Source: Octopus sinensis | Lineage: Eukaryota | Direction of reading: 5' to 3' | DNA length: 64,000 nt | NCBI RefSeq assembly: GCF_006345805.1 | Contig: NC_042997.1 | Coordinates: forward strand, 145,018,001 to 145,082,000 | Shown here: positions 12,590 to 25,604 of the stretch, in pieces | Numbering within the stretch: the stretch's first letter is position 1 | How the letters are laid out: each line of letters begins with the position of its first letter | Translations under genes and position numbers: made by a program | The notes under the pieces: model-generated | The model's database searches: none | Told to the model about the DNA's origin: nothing | The model's input: the letters and a program-made list of their open reading frames with translations, nothing else

Positions 12590-13215
12590 CAAAAAATGTG
12601 TGCCAAAGACGCTGTCACACCCCAGAATCAACTACATCTCATCTATCGATGTGCAGATGAAAATAATATGAAATTCAACGCATTTTAGGTTCTTTATTAC
12701 GAAGTTGATACGCACAATACAAATTATTCAACGCCTGAAAACGATTAGAAGCTCAGATAAAATACCGGACTATGAGTAATCATGCTAAATGATTCCTCTT
12801 TCATCGGATACATCACCAACTTAACCTCTAAATGCAGAGATCTCAGCGGATGGATCCTGAAAACTCTAATAACATTAGAACCAGTTGTCATCTGACTCTA
12901 TGGAAAAAGCTAAGACTTATGTCGACTTGGTTACTGCTCACAACTTCGGTCTCCAAAACACCCGATCTCGTAAAAGAAATTCAAGGATTACAAAGAATGT
13001 TACAAGAACTTACTATATGGAAACGTCTCAAGACTCTACGTCTCTATTTCCTTGAAAGACGCAGAGAAAGATGAATTGTTATTTACGTGCGGAAGATTCT
13101 GGAAGGTCATTTTGCAAACTTCGGCTCTAAATTTAGCGATGTATTACCATTGGATATACCAACTTTACATATTAAACACATTCCTATTTAAGCAATATGT
13201 TCGTGAATGGTGAAT
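12590..13215 (+). mobile_element. CR1/L2-group LINE RT fragment, same group as 122-1690
   Basis: ADENNMKFN, CRDLSGWILKT, WKRLKTLRLYFLERRRER*IVIYVRKILEG. Confidence 0.82.
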
Positions 13216-13488
13216 GAGTTGGATGTGGTGCTGAAGAAGGAGCAACAATTCCGGAAATATGCATATATAGCCATGACCTATTTTTCTGTTATCTATCACA
13301 CTGTTTATATAGACGTATACGTATACAAAACGTCGTAAATTTTAGTGCCGGCTCTAATTTCTTCAGAAAATCAGTAGAGATAACTTTTAAAAGTGATATA
13401 TATATATATATTATATATATATATATATACATGTATATATGCATGTATATATACATGCATACACTCACATATGTATATTCTATATATA

Positions 13489-13548
<60 letters not shown>

Positions 13549-13683
13549 GGTGATTCACAAGTCACCATACATAAGAACAACTTATTTTTTTTTATAAGAA
13601 ACAGTATTTTTTTATTTAACTGTTTCTTATAAAAAGAATAAATTTTTCCTGTGTATGGTGACTTTTGAATCAACCTGTATATT

Positions 13684-14096
13684 CTTTTCTGTTACTTGTT
13701 TCAGTCATTTGATTGCAGCCATGCTGGGGTATCACTTTTTTAGTCGAACAAATCGACTCCTGGACTTATTCTTTGTAAGCCTAGTATTTATTCTATCGGA
13801 CCCTTTTGCCGAACCGCTAAGTTACGGGTACGCAAACACACCAACATCGGTTGACAAGCGATGGTGGAGGGGGAGAAACACAGACACATACACACAAATA
13901 GACACACGCACACATGTATACATATATTTATATACGACGGGCTTCTTTCCGTTTCCGTCTACCAAATCTACTCACAAAGCTTTGGCCACCCTGAAGCTAT
14001 AGTCAAAAGACATTTGCCCAAGGTGCCATGCAGTAAGACTGAACCTGGAATCATGTGGTTGGCAAACAAGCTTCTTACCACACAGCCACGCTGCAC
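13684..14096 (-). mobile_element. SINE family A
   Basis: Head, core, microsatellite and tail as in the 3344-3709 copy. Confidence 0.9.
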
Positions 14097-14189
14097 CAAT
14101 ATATATAATATACACACATACTAGCATCACACATACGCACACACATACATACAGACGTACATACATACATACATACATACATACATACA

Positions 14190-14220
<31 letters not shown>

Positions 14221-14649
14221 GTATATATATGTACATACATAACCATAAATATACACATAAATGAACTGAAAAATGTTGATCAGTTGACATTATCCAAGAA
14301 ATTTCCACACAAGGCCTTTGAAACTATGAATATCTAAATCAGTTGATGGAAAGTGTTAGACAATTGGAACGATTCAGTTTGCTGTCGTAAAAAAAAAACA
14401 CTGCAAATATTTCTGTATTACTGCACTTTTTCAAGGGAATATATTCTACTCAATTGGCATGAATGAAAGTACTACTCAGGCATAATGGGAATTTAGTGAT
14501 GATATTACGATTAAAAATATAAAAATATATATTATTGATAATATTTCTGATAACTAAATGAGGAGATGACAGGCTCTCGCGTATCTAATACAGAGATTTA
14601 TTATTAGAAAAAAGGTGGAGACGAACGGCTGAAATTCGATTTACTAGAG

Positions 14650-14685
<36 letters not shown>

Positions 14686-14686
14686 A

Positions 14687-14746
<60 letters not shown>

Positions 14747-14875
14747 GCACACACACGCACAAACACACACATACACACACAGATACATATATGCTCGTGA
14801 GCATATGGCGTAATGGTTAAAAGTGCGGGCTACTAACCCCAAGAATCCGTGTTCGATTCCAGCCAACGACCTGAA

Positions 14876-14879
14876 TAAC

Positions 14880-14915
<36 letters not shown>

Positions 14916-15133
14916 TAATGATAATGATGATAATGATAATAATAATAATAATAATAAATAATAATAATAATGATAATGATGATAATGATAATAATAATAA
15001 TAATAATAATAATATAATAATAATAATAATGATAATAATAATAATAATGATAATGATGATAATAATGATGATAATAATGATAATAATAATGATAATAATG
15101 ATAATAATAATAATAATAATGATAATAATAATG

Positions 15134-15172
<39 letters not shown>

Positions 15173-15220
15173 GAAGAAGAAGAAGAAGAAGAAGAAGAAG
15201 AAGAAGAAGAAGAAGAAGAA
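14876..15220. repeat. (AAT/GAT)n then (GAA)n compound microsatellite
   Basis: Direct reading. Confidence 0.97.
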
Positions 15221-15370
15221 TAGAAAAGCACTTGGGGAGCGCAGACCTCGGCCAATCCAGCAGGAGCAGCACCACGACGACGACGACGTTTTGAGTTATT
15301 TTGCACAAAGACGGACAGACGGACAAACCAAAGCCAATGAAAACATAACCTCCTTCTTTGGCGGAGGTAA
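15221..15370 (+). mobile_element. Short Helentron/DINE-1-like non-autonomous element
   Basis: AAAGCACTTGGGGAGCGCAGACCTCGGCC start, GACG/GACA tract, terminal ACCTCC..GGCGGAGGT hairpin; same plan as the 44449 and 49578 copies. Confidence 0.65.
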
Positions 15371-15428
15371 TAATAATAACATCGAAAAATACCTTAGGAA
15401 TGAGAACCCAGCTTCGAAATTTCTCCAA

Positions 15429-15474
15429 AACACCTGATGAAGGCCGGAGGGTATATCAGCCGAAACGTTGTGTT
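15429..15474 (+). ncRNA. Minimal type-I hammerhead ribozyme motif
   Basis: AACAC-CTGATGA-A-GGC..GCC-GAAAC-GT-T-GTGTT: stem I AACAC/GTGTT, stem II GGC/GCC, palindromic stem III ACGT, GUU triplet. Confidence 0.8.
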
Positions 15475-15659
15475 AACAACAAACAAGATGAGGATAAATA
15501 TCCGTCAATGTAAATAATGTAAATAATGTATATATATATTAATATATATATATATATTATATATATATATATACATACACACAGACACACACACACATAC
15601 ACACACACACACATATATACACACATACATACATATATATAGATATACACATATACATA

Positions 15660-15884
15660 TTCTTTTATTCTATTATTTGTTTGTCATTTGACTGCGGCCA
15701 TGCTGAAGCATCGCCTGAAGTCGAACAAATCGATACAAGGATTTACTCTTTTTAAGCCTAGTACTTATTCTATTGGACACTTGTACCGAAGTGGTTAATT
15801 ACGGGGACATAAATACACCAACATCGGTTGTCAAGCAATGATGGGTGACAAACACAGACACACAACATAAACATATATATATAT

Positions 15885-15935
<51 letters not shown>

Positions 15936-16086
15936 GACGGGCTTCTTTCAGTTTCTGTCTACCAAATCCACCCACAAGGCTTTGGTCGGGGCCCGAGGTT
16001 ATAGTAGAAGACACCTGCCCAAGGTGTCACAACAATGGGACTGAACCCGGAACCAAGCAATTTTCCACACAGCCTCTTCAGCGCCT
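15660..16086 (-). mobile_element. SINE family A
   Basis: Family A tail, body and degenerate head. Confidence 0.87.
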
Positions 16087-17272
16087 CCACATAACAACTC
16101 CATGTATACATACATACATAAATACATACATAAAAACATATATATATATATATATTATATTATATATATATATATATATGTGTGTGTGTGGTGTGTGTGT
16201 GTGTGTGGTGTGTGTGTGTGTGTGGTGTGTGTATTTATATATATATATACACATATATAACATATATGTACACACATATACATAAACATATATATGTATA
16301 TGTATATATATATACACACATATATATATATGTATATATATGTATATACATGTATATACATATATACACATATCCATATACATATATATGTATATACATA
16401 TATATACATATATATATATATAGATATATATATATTATATATATATATATAGATATATATATATATATATATATAATATATATATATATATAATATATAT
16501 ATATATATATTGACTCTACCAATGCGATCTCATATCATTCACGCATAAACACACACACACTCACACACACAGATTTTCTGTCACATAGATTTAAAGCAAC
16601 TGCTATTGCTACACAGCAACATCTATTTTTATTTTAGAACTCTTTCCCCCTTAGTCTTCTAATTTCCAGTGACTGTGAGCAAATCGTCATTTCCGTAATC
16701 TCTTAGATGCGATGCAGCTCTTAATATAAGAGTGCACGTGAATGTGACGTAGGCATAACGATTGGTGTGTGCATATGTCGGAGTGAAAGGGAGAGAGTGA
16801 ATGAGAGAGTAAGGCAGACAGACAGAGTCAGTCACACAGAGAGTTGAAGTGGGTGAGAGAGAGCGAGCGTACGTGTGCTCGCGTGGGTTTCCGCTCATGT
16901 GTGTGTGCGTACTTGAGTGTGTGTGTGTACTTGAGTGTGTGTGTGTTGGTGTGCACATGTGTGTGCGTCTTGAAGAAGCCGTGGGAGAAGAGTGGTGAAG
17001 ATGTTAAGGCGCGAAAATATATGAGATAAGTAGATAGATAAACAGATAAGGAGAGACGAAACCAGACAGACAGGTAGATGGAAAGTGTTTCTAAGAGTTT
17101 CATATGTAGATGCAGAGAGAGAAGGGGGGGACAAAGATAGTGTTTGTGTGTGTGCGTGCGTGTGTGTATATGTGTATGTGTGTGTGCACGAGTGTGTGTG
17201 TAAAACAGAGAGAGAGAGAGAGAGATGAGTAATTATAGGTAGAGAATCAGTCAGAAATAGACAGAGATAGAT

Positions 17273-17327
<55 letters not shown>

Positions 17328-17341
17328 CAGATAGATAGATT

Positions 17342-17398
<57 letters not shown>

Positions 17399-17534
17399 AG
17401 ATATATATATATAAAGGGGGAAGGAGAGGGAGAGAGAGATAAAGAGAGGAGAGGAAGAGAGAAAAAGATTATTCAAAAACTTGAGGGCAAGATTTAAACT
17501 AAAGTAAAAATAGTGAAGAATTAAAAAAATGAAA

Positions 17535-17739
17535 GTTGCTGGTGGTGGTGGTGGTGGTGGCGGTGGTGATGGACGTGTTATGAGTAATGGTGGATGACGG
17601 TGAGTGATGGCGAGTGAAGATGAGAATAGTGATGATGGATAGCTGTGGTAGTGGTGATACGAGGAGATATTATTTGCGCAGTGGTGGAGACAGTACTGAC
17701 GGTAGAATTGGTGGTGGTGGCTTAGTGGCCTGCAATGTT

Positions 17740-17781
<42 letters not shown>

Positions 17782-18240
17782 TAGTAGTTGTGATGGTGGT
17801 GGTGGTGGTGGTAGTAGCAGTAGTGGTTCTAGCAGTAGTAGCAATAGTCGTGGTGGTGCTGGTTGTTGTATTAAAGTTGGTTATGGTGGTGCTTGGAGTA
17901 ATAATATTAGTAAAAGTAGTAGTTGTGGTAGTAGTGGTGGTGGTGGCGGCGGTGGCGGTGGTCGCGGCGGTGGCGGTGGCGGTAGCGGCAGCAGTAGTAG
18001 TAGTAATAGTAATAGTAGTTGTTGTTGTTGTTATGATGGTGGTGGTGGTGGTAGTAGCAGTAGTAGTAGTAGTGATGGTGTTGGTGATGGTGGTGGTAGT
18101 GGCGGTAGTGGTGATGATGGCAGTAGTAGTAGATGTAGTAGTAGTGGTAATAATAGTAATAATAGTAGTTATTGTTCTGGTAGTAGTAGTAGTAGTAATG
18201 GCGGCGGCGGTGGTGGTGGTATTAGCGACAGCGGTGGTGG
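17535..18240. repeat. Compound (GGT)n/(GTA)n/(GGC)n trinucleotide array
   Basis: Direct reading; source of the poly-Val ORF 17790-18269. Confidence 0.95.
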
Positions 18241-18606
18241 TTGAGTGCTTTATACATAAGATTGATTGATTTGTTTATATTATGTTGTCTTTCTCTCACG
18301 TCACTCTCTGTTTTACATACAGGTGCTATGCATGCGCGTGCGCGTGGGCGATCGCAAGAATATATATATGTGGGTGTGTGACACTATATATATGTGTGTG
18401 CGTGCGTGCGTGTGTATGCCTCTGTGTTTGTGTGTCTGTGTGTGTTTGTGTGTGTAGATATTTACCGTGTGTAGACAGCGCAAAACTGAAAGCATCTTAC
18501 TGTAACTTGTTTCCAGTCAATTCATCTTATTGGAGTTACCCAAATCGGTTATTGTTTTAAACAATCGTAGATGAAGAGTTTGTTTATATAGATTGCTTGG
18601 ACATGA

Positions 18607-19430
18607 GGCGCAGGCTTTGCTGCGTGGTAAGAAGTTTGCTTCCCAAACAGAGGATTTCGGTTTCAGTCTCACTGCGAGGTACCTTGAACAAATATCTTCT
18701 ACTATAGAATCGGTCCAACTAAAACCTTGTGAGATGACAATGAGAACTGAAAGAAACCCATCGTATGTATGCGTGTGTGTGTGTGTGTGTATGTGTGTGT
18801 GTGTGTGTGTGTGTTTGTCTTTGTGCTTGTATATCTTTGCGTTTGTGTCTGCCCTCACTTCCAATGCTTCACAATCGGTGTTTGGTTTGTTTACGCCTTC
18901 GTAACTTAGCGGTTCGGCAAAACACTTGATAGAGTAAGTGCAATTTTTTTTTTAGGCGCAGGAGTGGCTTTGTGGTTCCGGGTTCAGTTCCACCTTGAGC
19001 ACGTGTCTTCTACTATAGCCTTGGGTCGACCAAAGCCTTGTGAGTGGATTTGGTAGACGGCAACTGAAAGAAGCCCGTCGTATAAATGTATATGTATGTG
19101 TGTGTGTGGTGTGTGTGTGTGTGGTGTGTGGCTGTGTTTGTACCCCCAACATCTCTTGACAACTAATGCTGGTGTGTTTATGTCCCCGTAACTTAGCGGT
19201 TCAGCAAAAGACACAGATAAAATAAGTAGTAGGCTTACAAAGAATAAGTCCTGGGGTCGATTTGCTCGACTAAAGGCGGTGCTCCAGCATGGCCGCAGTC
19301 AAATGACTGAAACAAGTAAAAGAGTAAAAGAGTAAGTACAAGAGTCCATTTGTTTGACTGAAACCCTTCAAGGCGGAGCTCCAGTATGGCTGCAGTGAAA
19401 GGACCGGAACACGTAAAAGATAAAAGATAA
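18607..19430 (+). mobile_element. Two tandem SINE family A copies plus an extra 3' end
   Basis: Heads at 18607 and 18955; tails at about 19275-19333 and 19370-19430. Confidence 0.85.
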
Positions 19431-19639
19431 CGTCATCACGCTACTATCTACTGGACAATGTAATCGGAGTAATGTTCAGTACCGCATTAGAAGAGGTTTT
19501 AATGTCTTGTTATTCATAACTAAAAAAATGAAATGAAAAAAAACCCTGTGGTATTGCATTGCGTAACTGATTCTTCACCTGTTGAAACTCAAATTAAAGC
19601 TTATTTTTATTTTCAATTTTTTATTTCTATTTTTATTAC

Positions 19640-19700
<61 letters not shown>

Positions 19701-19708
19701 GTTATTAC

Positions 19709-19770
<62 letters not shown>

Positions 19771-19984
19771 TCTTAACTTTTTGTGGTTTCTGTCATTGGA
19801 CTTCAGCTTACGTTGGGATACCGTCTTGGAGGGTTTATTCGAACAAGCTAACCTCAGTACCTATTCTTTTATTTTTAAGTCTAGTGCTTATTTCCTCGAT
19901 CTGTTTTTGCCGAACCGCTATTCTACGGAAACGTAAACAAACTAACTCCTTTTGCTAAAGAGTAGGGGACAAGCATAAACAAAG

Positions 19985-20043
<59 letters not shown>

Positions 20044-20065
20044 CATATACATATACATACATACA

Positions 20066-20101
<36 letters not shown>

Positions 20102-20104
20102 TAT

Positions 20105-20410
20105 ATATATGTATATTGTTTTTACCGTTTTGTTCTTACTGTCCTGTTCTTGTTACCACTTTTACCCTCCGCAAAAAATCCCAAATTTTATTTAATTTGC
20201 TTTGCGGGAAGGACTTGTCCCTACCTTCGGAACGCGGAGTAGATGAAACAGGGACAACTGAAGAAGGGGAATATTCCTTGTGTTGTATGTCGTGTACTCT
20301 GTTTTATTTTTCGTTGTTTAAAAAAAGTTCGTTTCTAAGTTCTTGTTTTTATGCTTTCGTTTCTCATTTTGTTCCACGTTTTTTTAATGCCCTGTACCCA
20401 TATATGCATG
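20105..20410 (+). mobile_element. (TA)n-embedded Penelope-LTR/retrozyme-like element (family H4), degenerate hammerhead
   Basis: ACAA-CTGAAGA-A-GGGGAATATTCCT..TGTTGT at 20254-20286 lacks GAAAC; homologous to 60820-61160 (CGCAAA..TCCCAAATTTTATTT and CCTGTACCCATA shared). Confidence 0.55.
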
Positions 20411-20964
20411 TATATATACATATATATATGTAGGTATGTACATATATGTATGTATATATGCATATATTTATATATTATTTATATTATTATATGATCAAAT
20501 GCCACGCATCCTTTTCCAAGTAAGTTTTATCTCTCTCTTTCTCTTTCTCTCTCTCTCTCTCTATATATATATGACGGCCTTTCACACGGTTTCCTTCTAC
20601 AGAATATCAGATATCACTAGCAACATATCATTGGATGACTCGAGGCTACAGTTGAAGACACTTGCCCAAGATCGAACCTGAAATCATGTAGGAAAGCGAA
20701 ATTTATTGTAGCAGATGTCACTCAAAAGAAGAGTGGATGACGCGTTAAACAATGTGGAATCGATTCATTCGACTAATTTTTCTTCTTTTTGGTCATTCAG
20801 TGATCGATTATATTTTCATTGAGTTACTTTTACTTTTCATCACTAAACTCGACATGAAAGAAATAAAACAACTTTTCATTAAAACATTAAAGAAACCAGC
20901 CAACACCTTTAAACTGTTTGACACACTCTTACGCTTACTTGTGTTACATCACAAGCACAGTCTC

Positions 20965-22190
20965 TCTGTTGTTTCTCCTCAAAGACTGGAGGAGAAACAA
21001 GAACACATGAGAGGCGTCACTTCTCAGTTGCGTTAAGTAACTGTGCAGCAGATGCTATCACTGCTGCAGATCAAGAGTAGGCTTCGTGGCCCACATCCGA
21101 GCCTACCAGAGATGCAGTCAATATCGACCTATGACAGACAGCCAAACAAGACATCAACATTTATACATCCGTCCATACACGTTCTATATACTTTATTATA
21201 GTTGTCAATCGAATCCACTGGCGATACTCTTCATTTGATCATTGTAATCCTCGTATATGCCATACAGCTTCGGTCGTAAATGTTTACTTAGTGAGGTCAG
21301 GTGTAAGTCTTGCTTCAAGTAGTGCTAAGTGCATTTTTCCTCTCATATCTTCAACACTTTTCTAATATATTTTAAACTGTCAAATTGAGCAGCAAGTAGC
21401 GATGGGTTGATGTTGCTCCGCTTCAAAGAGGTCTTCAGCAGTTTTTTTTAACCATCTTGTTTGGGCCTGCACGTCAGGCGTTTACTCTGACGTATCTCAC
21501 CGTATGGGTTTCAACGAAGGAGAACTGAGTGATACATACATGCTACAGGATCGACCAGCTTAGCTGATGCCTGTGTGGTGCGGATTCAATATCGCTGGTG
21601 TTAGTTTGACTGATGATTTCTATGTACATAGTCTTATCTCGCCAGCTAACAGCTTGAATTTCCCTTAGGCACTGGATGTTATAGCTAGCTATAGCTATCA
21701 GTGTCTTAATCTGTTTGCTGTTCGTAAAAGAATTGAGCCATAGACATCCTGATAAACACACAAATCGGTATGAAGAATAACATAATCGTTAGACAAACTC
21801 TCTGAGCCTCACAAAGTATATAGAAGCTTGTCTGAAGCAATTTAGAATCTGCTCGATCAATTTACATTCAGTGAAAATAACACTGATTTCGGAGGTTGTG
21901 GCTAGCTTTTACTTTTGTGCAGAGAAAGTGGTGAAGATGGATGGTGGGGCATTGTGTCATAGAAAGATGACTTTTATATGTTGGAATGACTCTAAGATGA
22001 TCATCTCTGGAGCGTGAGCTTCCCGGGACTCATCAGTAAAGTGTAGTTCATTGAACGGTTCAAATCCGAAATTAGCATTGGTCTACAGTCAGCTGATGTT
22101 GATAAGGTTCAATCCACCTCAGAAATTAGTAATAATTCCGGCCTCTCTTTCTCCAATTCAAACCGTCTGCATAACATGATGATCACACAA
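20965..22190 (-). mobile_element. RTE-clade LINE 3' remnant
   Basis: KQIKTL..YNIQCLREIQAVSWRDK..EII.QTNTSDIES..HRHQLSW, PYGEIRQSKR..RPKQ..LKTSLKRSNINP; terminal 12-bp hairpin 20969-21000. Confidence 0.8.
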
Positions 22191-23689
22191 ATGAGAAAAA
22201 TAATTAATATTAAACCAACACGCAACGTTGTAAAATTCTCGTTGATTTATTATATTACTTTTTTATATATATATTTTTACTCTGAAGGACTCTCAGATTT
22301 TAGCCCTCCTCTCTCAACTCCAACAACAACGATTCGAACCATCATCCATATGTAGAGATAGTAAAGGAGATACACGAATTCGGACGGGAAACTAATTTCA
22401 TGGGAAAATCCCACTGAATTAATGTCAAAACCCTTGAAAAGGTCCATAAACGTAATGAGTAGGTCTATGTTACTTCCTGACCATCCAACATTATATGTGT
22501 ATGAAGAACTACATTATCTATTGTAGTGTTTCGATTCCCAGCGTTTTTCCATTTGCAGAATCTTTAAAATTCTCCCCCTGTTTCAGGGAAATTCTGCATA
22601 AAAATTCTTTTTATAAATCCTTATCTTTTTCATTCATAAATTAAATTCCACAAGAGATGAAACTAATGTAAAACTATCTTTGATTGGTTTGTAAATGCCA
22701 AATCAATAAGACGTCTTAAGAAGTGGTTTAGGTAAATTCCGTCTCAAATAAGATCCTTCTTTGAAACGAATTACCTAATTTTTGCCCGTATAGCCTCATT
22801 AATCCGTAGAGATACCAATATTTCGAATATGCTGTATGGTACAACTTAATTGTCAATATAGAATTAACAGCAAACTTACTCAAAATACATTTGCATATAA
22901 TTAGCATATTTATCGCTGTTTATCGCGGAACGCTTAGTGACCTCAAGCAGAACTCTGCATGGCAAGCAGCGACTTAATGTCTTCTCTTGTTTAAGACGAT
23001 AAGGTATGATTTCGAGGAGATCTGGTTGCTATCTCAAGCATTACTCTTCGTTGTAATTACCGTTGAATTGGAATACAAATAATTCCACTTAATCGAATAC
23101 CAAGTGATATAATTTGGTTACCAGCATGACTTTTAAAAGCAACAAACTATTTACATCAAATCTATGCAAAATTAATCGGTTAATTGCATATGCAAATATA
23201 TTCGAATCCGGTTAATTGCACAAGCTATTTTCATCGATTTTTGAAAAAGAGAAACTGGCGGAATGTAGTATAAAATTGATTATTTATTTGATTTTATATG
23301 AATAAAAACATTGTAAAAGCTTCCGTTTTTACAATGAGTTAAAATAACAATAGTCACTTCTCTATCTTTGCAAACAACCGCTATCAAAAAATACTCAAGT
23401 GTATTTAAGTTATTGTTACCATTTCAATGGATTAAAGACAATCGGAAGTTAATGTTCCGGTGTATTTTTAAATTTATTTTTAATCGCGAAAACAAAGTTT
23501 CTCATTGAATAAATCTTTATTGTAGATAAAATTGTTAAATAAAAAAAAAAACGATAATTTTTAATGAAGCAGTAAATTCACGCTATTTTGTTTTCATTAT
23601 CATCTACATTATCCTGTCCTTGACCCAATTACGTTTTTCTTCATCTACATGACCCTAGTTGTTATCATTGAGTGATTTTAAGTATGTCA

Positions 23690-23936
<247 letters not shown>

Positions 23937-24445
23937 GCTGTCTCATCTTTAACCAGATTCAGTCAATCGTTTCCGAGAAGCGGGCCTCATGAGATAATTT
24001 TTCGGTGGGCGCGTCATCCTGAAAGTTCCGCGGACCATAGTTTGCTCATGGCTGTCTTAGACATTCCTCTGGGGAAAGAGTAAAGCAACTGTGTTTACAT
24101 TTGCAAGTGACTACAGACTAATTGTTTCAGACATAGGGTTACCTGAAAGAGTTAGCAAAAACATGATACAAACTATCAACTTTTTCTCACTCACGAGTGA
24201 CGACTGACTGTGCGAATTCAAAGTGAGTGTGAATGTTATATTCAAGATGTTATTTTCTTCGACAGTTGCAGAATCTCAAAGATAATTGAAAAACCTCATG
24301 AGAAATAATTTAGACGATTGTTTCGTGCCAGTTCACAGCAATAAAAATTATGAATAGTGGAATATAAGCAAAATATGTTAACGCAAAACGTAAAGCAAGT
24401 AAAAAAAAAAAACTGCTATAGATGTTTTGTTATATAACTGACACT

Positions 24446-24863
24446 AAGGCGGCGAGCTGGCAGAATCGTTAGCATGCCGAGCGAAATGCTAAGTGGTATT
24501 TCGTCTGCCGTTGCGCTCTGAGTTCAAATTCCGCCGAGATCGACTTTACCTTTCATCCTTTCGGGGTCGATAAATTAAGTACCAGTTACGCACTGGGGTC
24601 GATGTAATCGACTTAATCCCTTTGTCTGTCCTTGTTTGTTCCCTCTATATTTAGCCCCTTGTGGGTAATAAAGAAATAGGTATTTCGTCTGCCGTTGCGT
24701 TCTGAGTTCAAATTCCGCCGAGATCGACTTTACCTTTCATCCTTTCGGGGTCGATAAATTAAGTACCAGTTACGCACTGGGGTCGATGTAATCGACTTAA
24801 TCCCTTTGTCTGTCCTAGTTTGTTCCCTCTATGTTTAGCCCCTTGTGGGCAATAAAGAAATAA
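24446..24863 (+). mobile_element. SINE family B dimer (tail-i + tail-i)
   Basis: Head followed by two near-identical units of about 185 bp; the second starts at GGTATTTCGTCTG. Confidence 0.93.
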
Positions 24864-25532
24864 GAATCGTTACCGCCATCCCGGACAAATTTTCTGACCG
24901 CGTTTCTTCCGGCTCCGTTAAGCTCTGAGTTCATATTCGGTCGATGTTAACTTTCAATTTTATCTTGTTGGGATTGATTAAATAAGTACAAGTCAAGTAT
25001 TTGAGTCGATATAATTGGCTAACCCACTTCCTTGAACATTGATAATTGTGTAATATATTTCCTACTATGTGATTTCGGCTTGTTCCATAAAAAGTTCAAT
25101 CATCGATTTTTAATATGTTAATTTGTTTATCAGCTACTTTCTCTAGCCGGCGGTGTCCTGAACAGCCGGCTAGAGAAGGGAAATTACCCAGAAGCTATTG
25201 CTCTACAGGTATCGATATGGCTAGGAAGGAAGCAGTAGAGTCGCTTGCTCACAGTATACGGACACAAATCATCTGTCGGTAGCCATCTGGAAAAGATGTC
25301 TTTCTGGGGCTAACAAGTAGTAACATCGTCCTGCGTAGGATTGCGACTTAGACTGTTTTATATCACTGTGAACCCTATGTTATAGTAGCTTGCCATTTCT
25401 GACGTCCTACATGTTGATGTGTCTAAATTCTATTGAATCCTATCATTCTATGTGCGTGTGTGTGTGTACATATGTATGTATGCATGTATGTATGTATGTA
25501 TGTATGTATGTATGTATGTATATATATGTATG

Positions 25533-25604
<72 letters not shown>

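Larger units (their letters stand above)
14797..15530 (+). mobile_element. SINE family E: tRNA head + (AAT)n + hammerhead-containing tail
   Basis: A box TGGCGTAATGG 14806-14816, B box GTTCGATTCC 14851-14860, expanded AAT/GAT tract with a nested element, tail 15371-15530 ending in TGTAAATAA repeats. Head-tail linkage is inferred from one copy. Confidence 0.7.

Noticed and set aside
14797-14875. tRNA-like sequences here and at 40630-40710, 52097-52175 and 59614-59680
   Set aside because: Acceptor and anticodon stems do not pair fully and each runs into a SINE body; called SINE heads, not tRNA genes.
14817-15428. Poly-L, poly-I and poly-N ORFs
   Set aside because: Translations of (AAT)n/(GAA)n tracts.
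16735-17018. E-box, half-CRE, CCAAT and E2F-like motifs as a promoter
   Set aside because: Short motifs scattered among microsatellites with no downstream gene; chance occurrence cannot be excluded.
17790-18269. 159-aa poly-Val, membrane-like ORF
   Set aside because: Compound GGT/GTA repeat with no start context or domain.
23938-24083. Possible exon after the (CT)n tract ending in CCAG
   Set aside because: No recognisable protein in any frame and no good donor site.
24446-24863. Regularly repeated units resembling a CRISPR array or satellite
   Set aside because: They are SINE dimer modules without unique spacers, in eukaryotic DNA.
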